NCBI GenBank assembly: GCA_041645165.1
Contig: JBAZQN010000006.1
Span: 4,933-68,932, forward strand
Direction: 5' to 3'
DNA length: 64,000 nucleotides
Source of the DNA: Patescibacteria group bacterium
Lineage (GTDB): Bacteria; Patescibacteriota; Patescibacteriia; 2-02-FULL-49-11
Of this stretch, positions 10,582 to 18,731 are shown piece by piece. The stretch's first letter is position 1, and every line of letters starts with the position of its first letter. Both the position numbers and the translations under genes were made by a program. The notes beneath the pieces are model-generated. The model worked only from the letters and a program-made list of their open reading frames with translations. It ran no database searches and had not been told where the DNA came from.

Positions 10582-10814
10582 ACCCCGTATATCAACATCC
10601 AACGCCAAACGCGGCTGGCATTGGAGAAAACCATAATATGAATGCGATCTTAGAGTATTGTATCATAACAAGATTGGAAGATAACGTTTGGCGATCGGTG
10701 AGGGAGGCTATGTAAAAATCTACCATACGTTCAATCCGCATCCAGTCGTACCTCATCTATTATTTTCTGCACAAAGGTTCCCGCCTCCCTCTTGGATGTT
10801 GTATTGCGGGGCAT
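10579..10814 (-). mobile_element. start-codon element family A, copy A1 (236 bp)
   Basis: ATGCCCCGCAATACAACATCCAA...TTGGATGTTGATATACGGGGTATG ending on the ABC ATPase start codon. Confidence 0.85.
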
Positions 10815-10875
10815 AACGCCTTATCATAGAAAACACAGCGCGGCTTTCGGCTGTGTTTCCCATCGTATTAATCTT

Positions 10876-11676
10876 TTACTTCAGCAATGGATCAATGATA
10901 TTCTTGAAATTCTCAAAAGGCACCGCGCCAGAAACGGGAATTTTTGTATCGCCTTTCACTACCACGTTATAGGGAGTGCCTGCACCGCCTGCGAGCACTG
11001 CGCCCTGCGCCTGGTCCTGCACCTTTTGCGTGTATTTTCCTGATTCAAGGCATGCAGTAAATGCTTCCTTATCCAAACCCATCTCTTGCGCGTACTCCGG
11101 CAATTTTGCCAAATCAAGCCCGTTATTAGCTGGCGTCACTTCGTAAATTTTATCAAGCAACTTCCAAAAACCGTCATTGCCGCCCAGTTCGCCTGCGCAC
11201 TCGGTTGCTTCCGCTTCCTTGGTCGCCTTGGAATGCAGGTTCACCAGAGGAAAGTGCCGATACACCCAATTCACTTTTCCATCATACTCTGCTATCACTT
11301 GCTTCAGGGTAGGGTGGAGCCGTTTGCAGAACGGGCATTCCAAATCTGAATATTCTACAATGGTTACGGGAGCATCTTTCTCCCCTCTCGTCCAGTCAGT
11401 GTCAGTCACTGCGGGAAGTCCTTCAGCGCCCGCTCTTGGGGCTGGTTCTCCCGCTTGGGGCGTGGGATTGACTTGCGCGGTAGGCGCCGCTTTTTTATCT
11501 CCATTTTTATCATCTCCGCTATCGCCTTTCAGCATTATCCCTAAGAGAATAAAAAACCCCACGACGAAAAAAAACACCAACGCGCTCCCCATTCCGAGGA
11601 AAAATGTAGTTTTCGGCTTCATGTGCGAAAACCAAGAATTGTTGGATTCGTGTTCACTATGAGTGTGTTCTGCCAT
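10876..11676 (-). CDS. DsbA family thiol-disulfide oxidoreductase
   Basis: EYSDLECPFC, YRHFPL, GTP motifs. Confidence 0.9.
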   Translation of the reverse strand: MAEHTHSEHESNNSWFSHMKPKTTFFLGMGSALVFFFVVGFFILLGIMLKGDSGDDKNGDKKAAPTAQVNPTPQAGEPAPRAGAEGLPAVTDTDWTRGEKDAPVTIVEYSDLECPFCKRLHPTLKQVIAEYDGKVNWVYRHFPLVNLHSKATKEAEATECAGELGGNDGFWKLLDKIYEVTPANNGLDLAKLPEYAQEMGLDKEAFTACLESGKYTQKVQDQAQGAVLAGGAGTPYNVVVKGDTKIPVSGAVPFENFKNIIDPLLK

Positions 11677-11814
11677 AGACGAGCATGGTTAATATAATTT
11701 AAGTAAAAGAGAATTTCTGCGCCTATTACTCACGCAGAAGGAATATTGAAAATTATTTGGTAATCTACAGTATACAACAGAAAATCCCACATGTCCAAAA
11801 ACGCAACTCCATTC

Positions 11815-12123
11815 CTATTTCCTAAAACTAGGATAGCTCCGCATTAATTTTTGCAAACGCTTTTTATAATCACGAAATTTGTTATCAAGTTCAATTTCAT
11901 CCTCCCCGCTCAACCCTACCTCCCGATATGTCCTGTAATCTTCTTCTATCTTTAAAAACAAATCAACAGTCTCTTTCAAATATTTCTCTATTTCTATAAG
12001 CTCAATCAGCTTTCCCTCCATCAGATTAATACGCAGAATCAGATCCTGCATCATAGTCCTCAAATGGCCCTCTAACTCTTTTCGAGAGCAATCACCTCCT
12101 TCAGGCCTCTTTTCTCCATTCAT
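11815..12123 (-). CDS. hypothetical helical protein
   Basis: 102-aa ORF directly downstream of tkt. Confidence 0.55.
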   Translation of the reverse strand: MNGEKRPEGGDCSRKELEGHLRTMMQDLILRINLMEGKLIELIEIEKYLKETVDLFLKIEEDYRTYREVGLSGEDEIELDNKFRDYKKRLQKLMRSYPSFRK

Positions 12124-12126
12124 AAA

Positions 12127-14091
12127 TTATTGCCCTAAAGACCGCACCGCCTGTAGTATAGCACCTCTGTCAATTTCCTCAAAACCCAATAATTCCGCGG
12201 GCGTGCCGCTCTTCGGAGTTTTGCGCACTGCGAGTGATTTAAACGCGGCGCCAGTGCCCGCGATTGCTTCTGCCACCGCCTCTCCCAATCCCCCTTCCGG
12301 CACATGGTCTTCCACGGTAATAATCTTGCCTGTCTCTTGAGCCGCCCTTACGAGCGCCGCGCGATCGATGGGTTTTAGAGAATAACAATCTATGATTCTC
12401 AATTCAATTCCTTCTTGCGCCAAAGTATCTGCCGCGGCAAGCGCTTCAAAAAGGGTAATGCCGGCGGCAACGATAGTGCAGACGTCTCGCGCGCTTGACC
12501 TTAACGTCTTACTGCCGCCGATCGGAAACTGTTCCTCCGGACCATAAATGACAGGCGTTGCTCCGCGTGTCGTGCGGAGGTAAACAATGCCATTATAACG
12601 CACAGCTTCATGAACTAGTCTTTCCGTAGCAGGGGCATCTGACGGATAAAGCACCACTGCATCCTGCACCGCCCTAAACATGGCAATGTCCTCGAGCCCC
12701 ATCTGGCTGGGGCCGTCTTCGCCGATAGACACGCCTGCATGCGAACCCACAAACTTCACATTCGCTTTGCTGTACGATGCCATCCTGATCTGGTCAAAGG
12801 CGCGGGTAAAGAACGCCGCAAAAGTGCTGCAAAACGGGATCATACCTCGCTTCGCAAGCCCTACGGCGACACCCACCATATTCTGCTCCGCGATAAACAT
12901 TTCCACAAACTGCTGGGGGGTGCCCTTCTTCACCAATTCTGCAAAGGTGGAATTTTTCACTTCAGCGTCCACCGCCACCACCCGCGGATCCTCACGCGCC
13001 AGTTTCTCCAACGCTTCCCCATACGCTTTCCGCGTCGCGATCAAGTCTCCCTTCTTGTACTCGGTATTAGGTATTACGTATTTCGTATTATGCACTTGAT
13101 CGCTCGCCCCCTGATACCTACTACCTGATACCTGATACGAAACGTCTGGCATTGCAACTGTCCCTCTTAATCGAGTATCAATTTCTCTCAACTCCCCTAA
13201 TGCTTTTTCATATTCTTCAACAGAGAGCGCTTTGCCATGCCACCCTTCCTTATTCTCCATGCACGACACACCCTTCCCCTTTAGGGTCTTTGCGATAATC
13301 ATGGTTGGTTTATCTTGTGTACCCTTAGCCTTGCGATAGGCAGAGAGTATCTCATCAGTATTATGGCCATCCACTATAATCGTTTCCCAGCCAAATGCGG
13401 CGACCCTTCGGGCATACGCGTCCACATCGTGGCCCGCCATAGTCTCTCCGCTCTGCCCCAAACGGTTCACGTCTATAATACCGACTAAATTATCCAGTTT
13501 TTCATGCCCCGCCCACATGATTGCCTCCCACACCGAACCTTCTGCCATTTCGCTGTCTCCGAGAAGCACATACACGCGTGAAACACACCCCTCCTCACTC
13601 CGTTCGGTACCCCTCTCAAGAGGGGAATTACCCGAAGTCCCCTCCTGCGGAGGGGTGTCCCGCCATTGAGGGACGGGGTGGGTAAACCGCTTCAATGCGA
13701 GCGCCATGCCTGCACCTACTGACAGCCCCTGTCCGAGCGAACCAGTCGCCACTTCCGTATAGCGAAACGTCGGCATAGGATGCCCTTCCAGGGGTGAATT
13801 AAATTTTCGCAATGATAAAAGCTCATCTTCGTTTACCGCTCCCGCAGCCGCATAGAGCGCATACAACAAGGGAGCAGCATGCCCTTTAGAAAAAATCACT
13901 CGGTCATTCAAAGGATATTCCGGATGGTCAAGGTCAAAACGCAAAATGCCGCCAAAGAAAAGTACTGTCATGAGATCGGTCGCGGAGAGCGAAGAGCTCG
14001 GATGACCAGACCCTGCCGCGGTCGTCGCGCGAAGGATAAAATAGCGCACCAGCTGCGCGAGATTTTCAAGAGTTTCTTTCGTGGTTTGCAT
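12127..14091 (-). CDS. tkt: transketolase (with two in-frame repeat insertions)
   Basis: SGHP, SKGHAA, GSLGQG, GDSEMAEG, IAEQNM, GEDGPSQ motifs. Confidence 0.93.
   Translation of the reverse strand: MQTTKETLENLAQLVRYFILRATTAAGSGHPSSSLSATDLMTVLFFGGILRFDLDHPEYPLNDRVIFSKGHAAPLLYALYAAAGAVNEDELLSLRKFNSPLEGHPMPTFRYTEVATGSLGQGLSVGAGMALALKRFTHPVPQWRDTPPQEGTSGNSPLERGTERSEEGCVSRVYVLLGDSEMAEGSVWEAIMWAGHEKLDNLVGIIDVNRLGQSGETMAGHDVDAYARRVAAFGWETIIVDGHNTDEILSAYRKAKGTQDKPTMIIAKTLKGKGVSCMENKEGWHGKALSVEEYEKALGELREIDTRLRGTVAMPDVSYQVSGSRYQGASDQVHNTKYVIPNTEYKKGDLIATRKAYGEALEKLAREDPRVVAVDAEVKNSTFAELVKKGTPQQFVEMFIAEQNMVGVAVGLAKRGMIPFCSTFAAFFTRAFDQIRMASYSKANVKFVGSHAGVSIGEDGPSQMGLEDIAMFRAVQDAVVLYPSDAPATERLVHEAVRYNGIVYLRTTRGATPVIYGPEEQFPIGGSKTLRSSARDVCTIVAAGITLFEALAAADTLAQEGIELRIIDCYSLKPIDRAALVRAAQETGKIITVEDHVPEGGLGEAVAEAIAGTGAAFKSLAVRKTPKSGTPAELLGFEEIDRGAILQAVRSLGQ
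13060..13140 (-). repeat. in-frame heptamer-repeat hairpin in tkt linker
   Basis: GTATCAG-type x4 versus TAATAC-type x4; encodes SYQVSGSRYQGASDQVHNTKYVIPNTE. Confidence 0.75.
13582..13686 (-). repeat. in-frame GC palindromic element in tkt
   Basis: acacacccc...ggggtgggt with internal cccctc/gagggg hairpins; encodes THPVPQWRDTPPQEGTSGNSPLERGTERSEEGCV. Confidence 0.75.
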
Positions 14092-14219
14092 ATTTTTTAT
14101 TGAGTACTTATTTAACCAAATCCAAACCTATTTTAAACGGTACTGATAACGTGCCTTGCTCCCCGATAGCCCAAATGCTCGAACGATGCGGACAAAGAAA
14201 GGCGCTCTGAAGTTGAATG

Positions 14220-14984
14220 TTAAAAATTTCCAAAAATCATTATACACCGTGAGCTTTTATTTTGGTCGAACTTTTTATGAACGTTAAAATCACCCAAGAG
14301 TTTCTTTAATTTCCATCTCTTCCCTAATAAACTCTTAACTTCCTTCACCGTGAGATATTGCTGCGTCTCAGTGTCTTGGATTACACGCCTCTCTCCAGTC
14401 TTTTTATTAGTAATTGTGTAAACGTAACTTGATTCACGAATCCTATTTTGATTAATAATCCAATCTCTGGTCACCGTTAACTGGTATTGCTTATTATTTA
14501 CTGGAGCATAGGTCTTGTGAAATTCTCTCATCGTTATATAACGATAGAAATTCGCTTCTTCTAATATGATTACTTGTTTTATGTGGCTTTTTAACCAATG
14601 AAAAAAATGTTTGCGCCCCTTTGCGTTCAGAATGTAAGGAAATGTGGACCACATACAAATCGCTGCATCATAATTTTTTTGAAGCGCTATGGTCTCAAAA
14701 GTTCCCTGTGCGGTCTTTAATTGGATATACCCTTTTTTCGCTTGAAGCAGCGCATTCTTCGACTGGTCAAATATAGTTACATCGTACCCTTGAGAAGCAA
14801 GGATCTTAGAATGCATGCCCACCCCGCCACCGAGATCGATAATGGTCTTAACCTTTCCCCCAAAAGTTCCCACAACTCCTAAAATAAATTCCGTCTCGTC
14901 TTTCTCTGCTCCTTTCCGTTCCTCTAAACTTTCACGAAAAAGTGGGTAAAGGTTGGTAAGTCTTTCGTACATCAACGTTTTCAT
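14220..14984 (-). CDS. class I SAM-dependent methyltransferase
   Basis: IIDLGGGVG motif I, YDAAICMW. Confidence 0.85.
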   Translation of the reverse strand: MKTLMYERLTNLYPLFRESLEERKGAEKDETEFILGVVGTFGGKVKTIIDLGGGVGMHSKILASQGYDVTIFDQSKNALLQAKKGYIQLKTAQGTFETIALQKNYDAAICMWSTFPYILNAKGRKHFFHWLKSHIKQVIILEEANFYRYITMREFHKTYAPVNNKQYQLTVTRDWIINQNRIRESSYVYTITNKKTGERRVIQDTETQQYLTVKEVKSLLGKRWKLKKLLGDFNVHKKFDQNKSSRCIMIFGNF

Positions 14985-15769
14985 ACTGACCTTTTTTTAC
15001 TTAAAACTTGGACTATCTCTTTATGATTCAATGAATTGGCCGCGACATAACTGGGCTGATATAGATCAACTCTTTGACCCTTAAAATTGGTCACTTTCCC
15101 TCCCGCCTCTCGGACAATAAGGCTTCCGGCAGCCCAATCCCATGGTTTATCTACACGATCAATACATCCATCAATTCTTCCCAACGCGAGATAAGCGAGT
15201 ACCGTACATGCTGAATTAAAAATTCTCACCTCTCTCGTTTTGCCAACAAACCGATAGAGGATGCCGACATCTGCCCTATTAAAGTATGTTTCAGACGCAA
15301 GTATCGAATCTTTCAAGAGCCTGCGAGAAACTGAAAGTCTCCTTTTGCCCGCATAGGCACCGTGACCTTTGACCGCACTTAAGAGGAGATTTTCGCTAGG
15401 GAGATAGAGTACGCCGAGTATAATCTCGCCATTCATCTCTAACCCTATGGAAACGGAAAAAAGAGGGATTCCTCGTGCATAATTCGGGGTACCGTCAAGT
15501 GGGTCAATAATCCATTTATAGCCTCTTGTTAGAGAATATGCGGATGAAGACTCCTCCGCGAGGACAGTAAAATCTGGGGTCTCCTTTTTTAGATGCTCAA
15601 GGATAATTTTTTCACTTTTTATGTCTGCTTCCGTCACCCACGTTTCATCGTTTTTTCTATGAACCTGGATGGCGTCGTTTCGAAATTGTTTCATGAGGTA
15701 GTGACCAGCTTTCTCTGCTGCTGTCGAGGCTATCTTTAAACAAAAACCTAAATTCCCTTTACTATTCAT
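14981..15769 (-). CDS. inositol monophosphatase family protein (SuhB/HisN-like)
   Basis: WIIDPLDGT, PWDWAAG motifs. Confidence 0.9.
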   Translation of the reverse strand: MNSKGNLGFCLKIASTAAEKAGHYLMKQFRNDAIQVHRKNDETWVTEADIKSEKIILEHLKKETPDFTVLAEESSSAYSLTRGYKWIIDPLDGTPNYARGIPLFSVSIGLEMNGEIILGVLYLPSENLLLSAVKGHGAYAGKRRLSVSRRLLKDSILASETYFNRADVGILYRFVGKTREVRIFNSACTVLAYLALGRIDGCIDRVDKPWDWAAGSLIVREAGGKVTNFKGQRVDLYQPSYVAANSLNHKEIVQVLSKKRSV

Positions 15770-15771
15770 AT

Positions 15772-16908
15772 CTATCCCAAAATACCTTTAATGGCATGTA
15801 ACACCCTGTTATTCGATTCCTGATCCAAAACAGTGATGCGCACAAAATGATTATGGAATTGCTTACTCATTGAATCGCAGTTCCTGATATACACACCCTT
15901 ATCTTTAAGCTTCTCGATTAACAGAGAGGCGGATATCTTTTTAAGCTGGCAAAGAATAAAATTGGTGACTGATGGAAAAGTCACTAATCCCGGGAGCTTG
16001 GCTAACTCTCTAAACAATAATTTTTCAAGTTTATGTGTTTTTTCTATTTTTTTGGCATAATATTTCCAATTTGAAATAGCAGCTATTGCCGCCATCTGAC
16101 CTGGCAGGCTAACCGACCACGGTGGAATACGCAAAATAAGGCTTTTTGTGATACTTGCATTTGCGATAAGATACCCCACACGCAATCCCGAGAGAGCATA
16201 AATCTTTGACATAGATTTCAATATGCACAGATTAGGATGCTGATCCACTAAAGTCTCACATGATTCATGATGTCCTACATATTCGATATATGTTTCATCA
16301 ACTATAATCATAGTATTTTTGGGAACAGCGGCAATAAACTCTTGCACTTGTGCACGAGTCATATAGGTACCTGCCGGGCTATTAGGATTTACTATAACAA
16401 CTACCTTCGGTTTGTGCTGAATAACATCTTTGATTAGCTGGCTAAGGGAAACTTGAAAATTATTTTCTGGTTTTAAAGCATGAGAAACGATTTTACAACC
16501 TACTACCTTCTCCATTACGTGCAGGTACTCTCCATACATGGGATCAATAATCATGGCGAGATCCTTTTGCGTAAAAAGAATTTCTAAGAGCAAAAAAATT
16601 AATTGGGACGAACCTGTTCCGCATGAGATTAACCTTTCGGGGACCTCTCTAGTTTGTGATATGGTTTTTATGAGAGATTGCGGTCGCGCGGGCGGACTTG
16701 TATGAATAATGTGCTCTAGATGCTTTCTAAGCACCTGACTAACTGCGGGGGCAGGCGGATACCATGCATCAAGAACATCAGCGGGTATTATAGTATGACC
16801 AAGCTCAGAAATTCGACTAAAATCATACTTAAACTTTTCCCAAAAGCTTCCGCCATGAAATGCCGCGACATCAATTTGCCCTTTTCTCATTTTGCCGGTA
16901 TTACTCAT
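15772..16908 (-). CDS. class I/II PLP aminotransferase (HisC/CobD-like)
   Basis: FHGG, NPNSPAG, DETY, SMSKIYALSGLRVGY. Confidence 0.88.
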   Translation of the reverse strand: MSNTGKMRKGQIDVAAFHGGSFWEKFKYDFSRISELGHTIIPADVLDAWYPPAPAVSQVLRKHLEHIIHTSPPARPQSLIKTISQTREVPERLISCGTGSSQLIFLLLEILFTQKDLAMIIDPMYGEYLHVMEKVVGCKIVSHALKPENNFQVSLSQLIKDVIQHKPKVVVIVNPNSPAGTYMTRAQVQEFIAAVPKNTMIIVDETYIEYVGHHESCETLVDQHPNLCILKSMSKIYALSGLRVGYLIANASITKSLILRIPPWSVSLPGQMAAIAAISNWKYYAKKIEKTHKLEKLLFRELAKLPGLVTFPSVTNFILCQLKKISASLLIEKLKDKGVYIRNCDSMSKQFHNHFVRITVLDQESNNRVLHAIKGILG

Positions 16909-16946
16909 AAACTCTCAGCATAACAGCAGACAAAACGTCTTATGAT

Positions 16947-17001
16947 TTAGTAGCGCACCATCTGCGCGAGATTTTCAAGAGTTTCTTTCGATGCTTGCAT
17001 A
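16947..17001 (-). repeat. duplicated tkt 5' end (17-aa mini ORF MQASKETLENLAQMVRY)
   Basis: 16951-17001 matches 14042-14092 at 47 of 51 nt. Confidence 0.85.
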
Positions 17002-17009
17002 CAATATTA

Positions 17010-17989
17010 TGGTGCAGTATTCTAAAGATAGTCCGAACCGCTTTCGCCGCCTGCGGCGGCGAGGAAGTCCCCCCGCGAAAATTCGGAATGGCGGCGGAGC
17101 CGCACCGCTGACAATTTCAAGTTTTTCTTTGGCGGTATTTAATTATAACACATTCAGAATTTTTTGAATTTCAGGCCCATAAAAAATTCGTAGAAAGGTC
17201 CTGCTACCATTCCAACACCAAATGCCCATAATAATTCTTCAATCGGAATACCTGAAATAAAAATATGGCTTAGGTTTGGAAGTAGCCACCATTTGTGTAT
17301 AACCCCCGGAAACAATGCAAGAAAAATTAGATAACCGAATAAAGTTAAGAGGCCCACCAACAGGCCACTTGCAAGCGCGTCAAAAAATAGGTCTCGTCTA
17401 AAATAAATCATAAAAGCACTTAAAATTCCAAAACTGACTAGGGCCGCATAAATCGAGTTAATCCCGAAATATACTGGAAGACCAAAAACTAAAAAGAAAA
17501 GTGCAAAGAAAGGAATGAGAAACCAAGTCCAATGATGTCTTCTATCTCTTCTTTTGCAAAAATGCTTACCAAAAACTTCCTCGTAAATCACATTAGCTAT
17601 GCCACCGAGAAAAAAACCATACAGAAAATCTTCAATACCTCCTAGTCGCCAATTTTTTAAAAAAGAAGAGTGTATATATTCTGGTCTCCAGTAATCTGCC
17701 AAAAACCATGGAGCCCATAAAATAGCAAGAATCCCGACACAGAAACTAGCAACTAAAATTTCTTTCCTACAATCCTTACGATGAATGAAAAAATATAACC
17801 AAAGTGGTAATGCTACAAGGTTTCCCAAAAGATATGCGTATTGAAAGTCATTAAACATGCATGATTAAAAAATTTTCTTCCCCCAAAATGCGAAATCGTG
17901 AATTCGTTTTTACCCCCAAAATTGAATACAAATTAGTCGCCGAGCGAAGCGAGGCGAGCCTTTCAAACTTGCAATTTCCTACGTGGTGC
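17010..17989. mobile_element. non-autonomous mini integrative element at tRNA-Lys 3' end
   Basis: TGGTGC direct repeats at 17010 and 17984; split recombinase-like C-terminus (...AERSEASLSNLQFPTWC | WCSILKIVRTAF). Confidence 0.65.
17154..17858 (-). CDS. multi-TM protein, lycopene cyclase domain-like
   Basis: Internal duplication with GIEDFLY and GIPIEELLW motifs. Confidence 0.65.
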   Translation of the reverse strand: MFNDFQYAYLLGNLVALPLWLYFFIHRKDCRKEILVASFCVGILAILWAPWFLADYWRPEYIHSSFLKNWRLGGIEDFLYGFFLGGIANVIYEEVFGKHFCKRRDRRHHWTWFLIPFFALFFLVFGLPVYFGINSIYAALVSFGILSAFMIYFRRDLFFDALASGLLVGLLTLFGYLIFLALFPGVIHKWWLLPNLSHIFISGIPIEELLWAFGVGMVAGPFYEFFMGLKFKKF

Positions 17990-18059
17990 GCCCAGCAGGG
18001 ATCGAACCTGCGACCGTTGGCTTAAAAGGCCACTGCTCTACCAACTGAGCTATGGGCGC
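17984..18059 (-). tRNA. tRNA-Lys(TTT)
   Basis: Cloverleaf GCGCCCA...TGGGCGCACCA, anticodon loop CTTTTAA. Confidence 0.95.
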
Positions 18060-18302
18060 GAAGTATATCCAAACTATACGAGATTATTGCATAATAATCA
18101 ACTGCAACGGCATTAAAAGGTGGACTCCCTGTGGAAAGAAGGTTAATAGAAGAGCCTTGGGCGCCTTGCAAAAATAACTTCCCACTTAGGGTACAGAATC
18201 GTGCCTTGCTGGTAACCATACATTATGGACATTCATATAAGTTATTTTTTCAGGCGCCCTTGTAATCCTGCCGCATGGCAAGGTACAATACCATAGCAGT
18301 AA

Positions 18303-18405
18303 TGAAATTCGAAATACTAAATCCGAAATCCTAAACCGTTTTGGATTTTGGTAATTGGAATTTTGGGTTTGTTTAGGATTTAGAGTTTAGGATTTAGGAT
18401 TTTCA
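18303..18405. repeat. heptamer-repeat hairpin
   Basis: aaattcg/aaatact/aaatccg/aaatcct versus ggattt/gagttt repeats. Confidence 0.75.
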
Positions 18406-18412
18406 TTAAGGT

Positions 18413-18718
18413 ATGCCCAGTTATACAACTTCCCATATGTTCTTCTATATCTATGTATTGGAGAGTCTGCAGGATAACGAGAGATACGTAGGATATACTC
18501 ATAATCTGAGAAAACGATTAGAAGAACATAATAAGGGTAAGAATTTTGCCACAAAGTTTAGATTACCATTTAAACTCATTTACTTCGAAGGATGTTTTAA
18601 TCAAAACGACGCCAAACGCCGTGAACATTATCTGAAAGGAACCCAAGGTCGAAGGTTCTTAGGACTGCGGCTTCAGGAATACACTCGCAGTCAACCAGCG
18701 TTTGGCGTGGGAAGTTGA
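18413..18718 (+). CDS. stand-alone GIY-YIG nuclease (UPF0213/Slx1-like)
   Basis: YIYVL...YVGYT..L..RL..HN.G...T....P..LIYFE......A..RE..LK motif set. Confidence 0.9.
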   Translation: MPSYTTSHMFFYIYVLESLQDNERYVGYTHNLRKRLEEHNKGKNFATKFRLPFKLIYFEGCFNQNDAKRREHYLKGTQGRRFLGLRLQEYTRSQPAFGVGS

Positions 18719-18731
18719 TATACTGGGTATG
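18413..18731 (+). mobile_element. start-codon element family A, coding copy A5 (319 bp) at the dnaB start
   Basis: ATGCCCAGTTATACAACTTCCCA...TGGGAAGTTGATATACTGGGTATG, compensatory variant of the A1-A4 termini, encloses a GIY-YIG ORF. Confidence 0.85.

Noticed and set aside
10582-10608. Shared N-terminal peptide (M/L)ALDVDI(R/L)G on ABC ATPase, L18, L24, L29 and MAWEVDILG on DnaB
   Set aside because: Most likely an ORF-calling artefact from the family A 3' arm; conserved proteins begin at the following ATG. It remains a useful search handle.
10620-10780. Complementarity between the two variable loops of A1
   Set aside because: Only short patchy matches and not reproduced convincingly in A2 or A3
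10579-10814. Group I/II intron identity for family A
   Set aside because: Too short and no recognisable catalytic core or domain V motifs; novel splicing is not excluded
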